Source of the DNA: Candidatus Cloacimonadales bacterium
Lineage (GTDB): Bacteria; Cloacimonadota; Cloacimonadia; Cloacimonadales; JAFGVF01
Assembly: GCA_963678315.1 (NCBI GenBank)
Contig: OY782781.1
Span: 416,001-480,000 of the forward strand
Reading direction: 5' to 3'
DNA length: 64,000 bases
Part shown: one piece after another, positions 56,084-64,000 of the stretch
How positions within the stretch are numbered: the first letter of the stretch is position 1
Layout: each line of letters starts with the position of its first letter
Translations under genes and position numbers: made by a program
The notes under the pieces: model-generated
Told to the model about the DNA's origin: nothing
Database searches by the model: none
What the model saw: only the letters and a program-made list of their open reading frames with translations

Positions 56084-58504
56084 ATGAAAAAATTAGGTCT
56101 AGTAATTGTAATTACAATATTGTTAACAACATTATTCTCAGAAGGTGTTATTCCAGAAGGTCAAGGTACTTCAGAAAATCCATATTTAATAGAGAGTTTA
56201 GATAACTTAGAGTACATTAGTGAGCACTCGAATATGTGGAACAATAAATATTTCTTACAAACTTCAGATATCGATGCTACCGAAACACAAAACTGGAATG
56301 GAGGAATGGGGTTCAAAGGTCTTGGTAGTGTTGAATATGTATGCTGGGATGAATATCATGACGAATGGGGATATGAGTTTGAACCATTTAATTCTCATTA
56401 TGATGGAGGAGGCTTTAGTATTACTAATCTTTTCCAAGATAAACTTAACTATGGTGATTCAGAACCTAGCTTTGCAGGTTTCGTTTCCTCAATGAATAGT
56501 GGACAATTAGTCAATATAAATCTTGTTAACATTGATATCACAGGATTCAATGAGACAGGTGGATTATGTGGTCATTCAGAGGCAGATATTGATAATTGTA
56601 GTGTTTCAGGTAGTGTAAATGGAGCAGGTGATACAGGTTTATTAGTTGGTCGTGCCTATTCTATGAGAATAACGAACTGCAGAACATCAGGTTCAGCTAT
56701 GTCAAATTATGCATACGTTGCTGGAATATGTGGCTACGCTAGATATATTGATATGATTAACTGCCATTCTTCTGCGGAAATAACAGGACAAAATTGGGCT
56801 GGAGGTATTGCTGGTGCAATAGTTACTGTAACAATGGAGAAGTGTAGTTTTCTTGGTTCTATTGAGTGTGATGAAAGTAATTGTGGTGTCTTCCATGCTG
56901 GTATTCATCGAGAATATTTAGCTAGTTTACCTTTGGTTATAACTAATTCATTTTATGATTATTCAAATGTTACATTGAATAATCAACATATTCATGAAGT
57001 AGGAGCACTCTCAACACAACAATATCAAACATGGTTGGATAATGATAAACAGTTTAATTTGGATGATTATTTTGAGAGTAATGGTGATGATTACTATATA
57101 AATTCAGTAGATGATTTCAGGAATATCAATTTATTCTATAATGGTATTAGAACCTTTGTTCTTAATACTGATTTAGATGTTACGGGTGAAGAAGATTTAT
57201 ATATTCCTTATTACTCTGGAGACTTTAATGGTAATGATTTTTCGATAAGTAATTATTCATTATCTCGTGACAGTAAGAATACTGGTCTCATCGGCCATGC
57301 TGAGAATGGACAAATAGAAAATATTAACTTAGTGAATTGTAATATCAGTGGAACATATAATGTTGGTGGGCTGGTCGCTTTCTCTGCAGGTACGATAGAG
57401 AACTGTTATGTTACAGGGCAAGTTACAGGAACAGAAAATGTAGGATTGGTGAGTGGATTTAATATTGATGGTATGATAGCAAATTGTCATGCTTCTGGTA
57501 ATGTATCAGGAGTAATCAACGTTGGTGGAATGGTAGGTAAAGGTTATGCTAAACAGTCGAAATGTAATTGTTCTGTAAGTGGAGAAGAAAATATAGGAGG
57601 AATGATTGGTATAGGTATTGCCGAGGATTGCTATTCTGAATCTGTTGTAGTAGGTGAAAATTACGTTGGTGGATTAATAGGTTATGCTGATCATATAAAT
57701 TGGGTTTATGGATTATTAGATGTTGTAAGATGTGGAGCAAACTGTAATGTAACAGGAGCTACTAATGTTGGAGGGTTGATAGGTAAAGCAAATAATATAG
57801 AAATTTATGATTCATACTCAAAAGGACAGCTGTCACTATTAGATAATTATAATGGTATACCAAATAATTTTGGTGGATTGATTGGTGACTGTTTTAGTAC
57901 TTATGTATGGAGAGGATACTCTATAGTCAACATCAATATTGGTACAGAAATTGAAGAGCAAGGGGAGTTAATAGGTTTGTTTGATGAGGAATATGATTTC
58001 TCTTTAAGCGAGTATTTTTATATTCCAGCTTATTCAGGTGTAGAAGCAAATGGATTTGGCACTTCAATAGATATTTCTCAATTAACAGATATAAACTTTT
58101 TAAATTTACACACTTGGGATACAGAACAAGTTTGGGGTATCAACTCTAGTATTAATGATGGTTTCCCATATATTTTAGGTGCCGAACCTGTTCCAAACTC
58201 TTCTGAAGAAGATAATGTCCAATCTGTTCAATCTATCACAAGCTTAAAGAATTCTTACCCTAACCCCTTTAATCCCGAAACGACAATTCAATTTAATGTG
58301 GCGACAAATGATGTTGCATCATTAACAATATATAATGTAAAGGGTCAAATTGTTAAAAGTTTTGAATCTTATGGAGCTGGCCAGCACTCTGTTGTATGGA
58401 ATGGAACCAACTCAAATAACAAAAGAGTATCATCAGGACTTTATCTATATAGGTTAAAAGGAAAGAATAATTCAACAACTAAGAAAATGATGCTACTGAA
58501 ATAG
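56084..58504 (+). CDS. Secreted GLUG-repeat protein with FlgD/T9SS-like CTD
   Basis: G.GT.ENPYLI, repeated VGGLIG/VGGLV motifs, INDGFP, C-terminal SYPNPFNPETT..KKMMLLK. Confidence 0.88.
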   Translation: MKKLGLVIVITILLTTLFSEGVIPEGQGTSENPYLIESLDNLEYISEHSNMWNNKYFLQTSDIDATETQNWNGGMGFKGLGSVEYVCWDEYHDEWGYEFEPFNSHYDGGGFSITNLFQDKLNYGDSEPSFAGFVSSMNSGQLVNINLVNIDITGFNETGGLCGHSEADIDNCSVSGSVNGAGDTGLLVGRAYSMRITNCRTSGSAMSNYAYVAGICGYARYIDMINCHSSAEITGQNWAGGIAGAIVTVTMEKCSFLGSIECDESNCGVFHAGIHREYLASLPLVITNSFYDYSNVTLNNQHIHEVGALSTQQYQTWLDNDKQFNLDDYFESNGDDYYINSVDDFRNINLFYNGIRTFVLNTDLDVTGEEDLYIPYYSGDFNGNDFSISNYSLSRDSKNTGLIGHAENGQIENINLVNCNISGTYNVGGLVAFSAGTIENCYVTGQVTGTENVGLVSGFNIDGMIANCHASGNVSGVINVGGMVGKGYAKQSKCNCSVSGEENIGGMIGIGIAEDCYSESVVVGENYVGGLIGYADHINWVYGLLDVVRCGANCNVTGATNVGGLIGKANNIEIYDSYSKGQLSLLDNYNGIPNNFGGLIGDCFSTYVWRGYSIVNINIGTEIEEQGELIGLFDEEYDFSLSEYFYIPAYSGVEANGFGTSIDISQLTDINFLNLHTWDTEQVWGINSSINDGFPYILGAEPVPNSSEEDNVQSVQSITSLKNSYPNPFNPETTIQFNVATNDVASLTIYNVKGQIVKSFESYGAGQHSVVWNGTNSNNKRVSSGLYLYRLKGKNNSTTKKMMLLK

Positions 58505-58576
58505 TATAGAAATACGACTTCTGTCGTTTGATATATCAATCTAAAGCTGTAATTTCAAAATAAAAGAATAAAATTA

Positions 58577-58616
58577 TAAGATATAGAGATGCAACATGTT
58601 GCATCTCTATATCTTA
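58577..58616. repeat. Perfect 40-bp palindrome (GTAGAGAC-type REP variant)
   Basis: TAAGATATAGAGATGCAACA followed by TGTTGCATCTCTATATCTTA. Confidence 0.85.
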
Positions 58617-58715
58617 CTCTTTATGACCCTTCAGGTTTTTTTATGGATAGCACCCGGGTCTAATGCTTTCCATGATTGAAATCATGCCCTTTGGATAATT
58701 TGCACCTCTGCGGTG

Positions 58716-58948
58716 TCCTGCAAAGTCGGAACGCCATCATCCCTGATGGCCAAACCTAAGAAAGTAGGTTGTGTATAAGCTTTAAATATATGCTTAGCAT
58801 ATATTTATATATAAGAGCCGGCACGGAGGCCAGCGTTCCCAGTACCCCTCTACTCCTAACTCCTATCCCCTCATTCCTAACTTCATCCTGCCTATGTGCC
58901 CATGCGCCTCTTTGAAAAAAGGCCGATTTTTCAAGGTGGCAAGTAAGG
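58716..58948 (+). repeat. Mosaic REP-like element, copy F
   Basis: Same module order as copy B; includes the AT palindrome of copy A and the TTGAAAAA..TTTTTCAA hairpin. Confidence 0.88.
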
Positions 58949-59055
58949 CTGTATACATAAAGAGAAATTGAACTTTACAAGTTTTTAAATGTAGTATTCT
59001 CATCTTTCAAACATCCATTTAGGATAATACATACAACCTTTCGGGATAAAACATT

Positions 59056-59142
59056 ATGTCGTCCCTTCGGGACTCAAGTCATTTATATTATTCAACATGG
59101 GGTACAAGACCCCATGCTAATACATGACGTCCTTTCAGGACT
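59056..59142 (+). repeat. Second REP-like family: two GTCC(C/T)TTC(G/A)GGAC hairpins flanking a CATGGGGT..ACCCCATG hairpin
   Basis: ATGTCGTCCCTTCGGGACT and ATGACGTCCTTTCAGGACT in direct orientation. Confidence 0.7.
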
Positions 59143-59361
59143 AGTACAAACATCGAATTTGAAAGATAAGAAGTGGATCAAGTATTCGCCTTCCGTCCAT
59201 TTTAGCTTAAGGTAAGCTTTACAAGTTTTATATGCTACTGCAAACCGATAATTCCACCACAATTCATCAAATAACTCATTATTAGCCTAAATAGTTTTTG
59301 CTTGACGATTTAGCTACTATTTTAAAACTAAGAAAAAATAATATTTAGATGTGGAGGATGT

Positions 59362-60924
59362 GTGCTAAAATTAAATATCGCTCCTGAAAAGATTGCTAAA
59401 GCACGTTCTTATGCTAAGAAGATTGCTGAATCTTTTGATTGGCTTTTTGATGGATATAGCTCAGTTACTATAGAAAGAACTGTTCTCAGATTAATGGGAA
59501 TGGACGGTGCTATTGAGGGTGGAGAACCAATTCCTAACCTCGTAGTGGATCACTTAAAAGAAAAGAAAATAATCAATCGTGGCGCAGCTTATTGGGTTGC
59601 TAATGCTATGGTTGTTAAAGACATGACAGTTCAAGAAGTTGGAGATGCTGTTGCTAATGGTAAATTAGACTTATCTGACATTGGCCAAGCTGATGATGCC
59701 AAAGTAATGACTGTTATTGACCAACTTGTTGATACAATGCTAAAGCATATTAGTAAGCATAGAAATTACAGAGAAAACTGTTTCAAAGAATGGGGTCCTA
59801 GAAGAAGACCTGCTTTATATGTGATTGTTGCAACTGGTAATATCTATGAAGATGTTACTCAAGCAGTGGCTGCGGCAAAGCAAGGTGCAGACATTATTGC
59901 TGTGATTCGTTCTACAGCTCAATCATTACTTGACTATGTTCCTTATGGTGCAACAACTGTTGGTTTCGGTGGAACATTTGCAACTCAAGAAAACTTCAAA
60001 ATCATGCGTAAAGCTCTTGATGAAGTTGGTGAAGAGTTGAAGAGATATATCTCATTGACTAACTATGCTTCAGGTTTATGTATGCCTGAAATAGCAGCGA
60101 TGGGTGCAATTGAAAGACTTGATGTTATGCTTAATGATGCTATGTATGGTATCCTTTTCCGTGACATTAACCCTAAGAGAACAATTCTAGATCAATACTT
60201 CTCTAGAATGATAAATGCTTATGCTGGTATTGAAATTCAAACTGGTGAAGATAACTATTTAACTACTTCAGATGCGATTGAGAAAGCTTACACTGTTACA
60301 GCTTCTCAGTTGATTAATGAACAGTTTGCTTATCTTTCAGGTCTAAAACCTGAAAAGATGGGATTAGGTCACGCTCACGAGATTAACCCAGAAGTTGAAA
60401 ATAGCTTCTCTTATGAGTTATCGCATGCCTTGTTAACAAGTACACTATTCCCAACTGCTCCAACCAAGTATATGCCTCCAACAAAGTTTGCTTCTGGCAA
60501 TATCTTTAAAACCCACTTGATGGATGCAATGTTCAACTTAATCGGTCAAGTTACTAACCAAGGTGTTCAACTTCTTGGAATGCTTACAGAAGCTATCCAT
60601 ACTCCTCACCTTGCTGATAGAGCTATGGCTATTGAAAATGCTAACTATTTATTCACAGCTATGAAAGACTTCGCTAAAGAAGTTACTCTTGAACCAGAAG
60701 GTTTCATCAACACAAGAGCTGAACAAGTTCTTGCTGAAGCTACTGAATTCCTTAAAACTGTTTCAGAACAAGGTTTATTCAATGCAATGAGAGATGGTGA
60801 ATTTGCTGATATAAAACGTCCGGAAGATGCTGGTAAAGGTCTTGACGGAGTATTCACAAAAGATGATAACTATATCAATCCTTTCATGGAAAGAATGAAA
60901 GTTGAATTAGCTTTAAACAAATAG
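59362..60924 (+). CDS. kamD: D-lysine/beta-lysine 5,6-aminomutase alpha subunit
   Basis: YVIVATGNIYED, IRSTAQSLLDYVPYGAT, NYASGLCMPE, GEDNY, KYMPPTK. Confidence 0.96.
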   Translation: MLKLNIAPEKIAKARSYAKKIAESFDWLFDGYSSVTIERTVLRLMGMDGAIEGGEPIPNLVVDHLKEKKIINRGAAYWVANAMVVKDMTVQEVGDAVANGKLDLSDIGQADDAKVMTVIDQLVDTMLKHISKHRNYRENCFKEWGPRRRPALYVIVATGNIYEDVTQAVAAAKQGADIIAVIRSTAQSLLDYVPYGATTVGFGGTFATQENFKIMRKALDEVGEELKRYISLTNYASGLCMPEIAAMGAIERLDVMLNDAMYGILFRDINPKRTILDQYFSRMINAYAGIEIQTGEDNYLTTSDAIEKAYTVTASQLINEQFAYLSGLKPEKMGLGHAHEINPEVENSFSYELSHALLTSTLFPTAPTKYMPPTKFASGNIFKTHLMDAMFNLIGQVTNQGVQLLGMLTEAIHTPHLADRAMAIENANYLFTAMKDFAKEVTLEPEGFINTRAEQVLAEATEFLKTVSEQGLFNAMRDGEFADIKRPEDAGKGLDGVFTKDDNYINPFMERMKVELALNK

Positions 60925-60927
60925 GAG

Positions 60928-61689
60928 ATGACCATGAGCAATAAAATAGATAAAACTCAAATTAGACCTTACGGTGATACTCTTAACGATGGTAGAATGC
61001 AATTCTCATTCTCTTTACCTGTCCCATGTGACGAACAAGGTAAAGAAGCAGCACGTCAAATACTCAAACAAATGGGTTGTGATGATTTAGATGTATGTTA
61101 TATGAATGACTTACATGAAGGATTTACTCATTTCATAGCTTATGGTACAACTAATGTATCAGTTGACCTTACAAAAATCCATGTAAAAGTTGTGGAAACA
61201 GATGTAATGGATATGTATGAAAATGAAGATTATATTGATGAACATATAGGCAGAGAAATAACAATTGTTGGTGCTTGTATTGAATCAGATGCTCACACTG
61301 TAGGTATTGACGCTATCATGAATATGAAAGGCTACAATCACAGATATGGATTAGAGAGATATAGAAATATCAATGCAATCAATATGGGCGCTCAGGTTCC
61401 TTGTGAAGAGCTTCTTAAGAAAGCTAGAGAAGTTAATGCTGACGCTATCCTTGTATCTCAAATCGTTACTCAAAAAGATATTCATATCAAGAACCTTACT
61501 AAGCTAATGGAAATGGCAGAAGCTGAAGGTTTGAGAGATAAAATGATATTTGTTTGCGGTGGACCTAGAATCAACCATGAATTAGCTGTTGAATTAGGCT
61601 ATGATGCTGGTTTTGGTACTGGATCTTACTCAACAGATGTTGGATCTTTTATTTCGATTACTATAGCTGAAAAGTTAGGCAATAAATAA
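60928..61689 (+). CDS. kamE: Lysine 5,6-aminomutase beta subunit (B12/PLP)
   Basis: PYGDTLNDG, DAHTVG (DxHxxG), MNMKG, GYDAGFG. Confidence 0.96.
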   Translation: MTMSNKIDKTQIRPYGDTLNDGRMQFSFSLPVPCDEQGKEAARQILKQMGCDDLDVCYMNDLHEGFTHFIAYGTTNVSVDLTKIHVKVVETDVMDMYENEDYIDEHIGREITIVGACIESDAHTVGIDAIMNMKGYNHRYGLERYRNINAINMGAQVPCEELLKKAREVNADAILVSQIVTQKDIHIKNLTKLMEMAEAEGLRDKMIFVCGGPRINHELAVELGYDAGFGTGSYSTDVGSFISITIAEKLGNK

Positions 61690-61710
61690 AATTAAATAAT
61701 CATATATATT

Positions 61711-61740
61711 GAGAGCTGTGCTAATTCACAGCTCTTTTTT
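61711..61740 (+). terminator. Terminator of kamDE
   Basis: GAGAGCTGTG..CACAGCTCT followed by T-run. Confidence 0.8.
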
Positions 61741-61788
61741 GTAATAATATTATATAGAATTCATTCAAGAAGATAAGGAGATTTATCA

Positions 61789-62592
61789 GTGAACAAGCTT
61801 TTCAAAGTTTTTATCTTATGTTTAGTGCTTCCAAGTATATTATTAACAATTGCATGTAGTGATGACGAAAGTTCTAATGTCAATATGCCTGATAACTTTA
61901 TCAAGGTTCCAGGAGGAACTTTCACAATGGGAAGAACTCAAGGAACAGGTCAGGTAGATGCTTTACCTTTACACCAAGTGACTTTATCTACTTTTTACAT
62001 GAGCATGCATGAGGTTACCCAAGAAGAATATTCGGCTATAATGGACACTAATCCAAGTTCTTTTGTAGATAGCAATAAACCGGTTGAAAATGTTTCATGG
62101 TATGATGCGATAGCTTATTGTAATACCAGATCTATTGAAGAAGAATTGACTCCATGTTACGATTTAACAGACTATAGCTGTGATTTTTCAGCAAATGGCT
62201 ACAGATTATCTACCGAAGCTGAATGGGAATATGCTGCTAGAGGAGCATCTGATGAACCAGACTATTTATATTCAGGCTCAGATGATATAGATGAAGTAGC
62301 TGTCACTTCTAGTAATTCAGACAATCAAAGCAGCGTTGTTGGAAGCAAAGAGCCAAACGCTTTAGGTTTCTTTGACATGAGTGGGAATGTGGATGAATGG
62401 TGTTGGGATTGGTATGGCAACTATGATTATGAATCTCAACTAAACCCAACCGGACCAGAAACTGGAGGATTAAAAATTCTTCGTGGTGGAGATTGGATAA
62501 GCTCTCCTCAATATGGTTCTGTATCTATAAGAGTAAGCTCTATGCCATCTTATTCTGGTTATACAGTAGGATTCAGAGTGGTTAGAAGATAG
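61789..62592 (+). CDS. FGE-sulfatase (SUMF1/PvdO-like) domain lipoprotein, probably non-catalytic
   Basis: Lipobox TIAC, GGTFTMG, EVTQ, PVENVSW, YRLSTEAEWEYAARG, DMSGNVDEWC, GFRVVR; lacks the FGE CxxxxC motif. Confidence 0.9.
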   Translation: MNKLFKVFILCLVLPSILLTIACSDDESSNVNMPDNFIKVPGGTFTMGRTQGTGQVDALPLHQVTLSTFYMSMHEVTQEEYSAIMDTNPSSFVDSNKPVENVSWYDAIAYCNTRSIEEELTPCYDLTDYSCDFSANGYRLSTEAEWEYAARGASDEPDYLYSGSDDIDEVAVTSSNSDNQSSVVGSKEPNALGFFDMSGNVDEWCWDWYGNYDYESQLNPTGPETGGLKILRGGDWISSPQYGSVSIRVSSMPSYSGYTVGFRVVRR

Positions 62593-62625
62593 ATTAGAAA
62601 CACTAAAAGACATGTATATTTTTTA

Positions 62626-62713
62626 TAACTGGGGATGCTTGCATTCCCAGTTATTTTTGTAAGCAGGGATGCTTACAATCCATAACAAAGAAGCCTTGGA
62701 AATCCAAGGCTCT
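62626..62713. repeat. Cluster of hairpins between convergent genes (CCCAGT-type palindrome plus probable atp terminator)
   Basis: ATAACTGGGGATGC-TT-GCATTCCCAGTTAT, GTAAGCA-GGGA-TGCTTAC, AGCCTTGGA-AA-TCCAAGGCT. Confidence 0.65.
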
Positions 62714-62741
62714 GTATAATATTTATCAAGGTAAATAAAGT

Positions 62742-63999
<1,258 letters not shown>

Positions 64000-64000
64000 T

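Noticed and set aside
59143..59361. Lysine or cobalamin riboswitch upstream of kamDE
   Set aside because: No recognisable consensus elements by eye; an Infernal scan would be decisive.

Overview
AT-rich bacterial chromosomal window from an anaerobic, amino-acid-fermenting diderm, most plausibly Cloacimonadota/FCB group. This is inferred from a Kgp-like C25 protease and a GLUG protein with FlgD/T9SS-like C-termini, kamDE, arcA, aspA-hydE-hydF and F-type atpDC. About 50 CDSs are supported: housekeeping and metabolic genes, a TetR-TolC-MFP-RND efflux operon, several signal-transduction systems, an intact IS21 with an 8-bp target duplication, and an AAA-ATPase/RloB (AbiL-like) defence pair. The ORF track misses or splits three genes: a UGA-readthrough selenocysteine peroxiredoxin, a radical SAM gene running off the left edge, and a 56-aa phage-like membrane peptide. 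The most striking non-coding signal is a family of six modular REP-like mosaic elements with fixed module order, heptamer linkers, covarying stems and one hairpin found in flip and flop orientations; the IS21 sits in a loop of one copy. Other highlights are a probable zinc-binding bL38-like ribosomal protein behind efp, a candidate orphan sRNA/attenuator, and dense Bacteroidota-type O-glycosylation sequons in exported proteins. No rRNA, tRNA or CRISPR array was recognised. All calls come from motif recognition by eye, without database searches.
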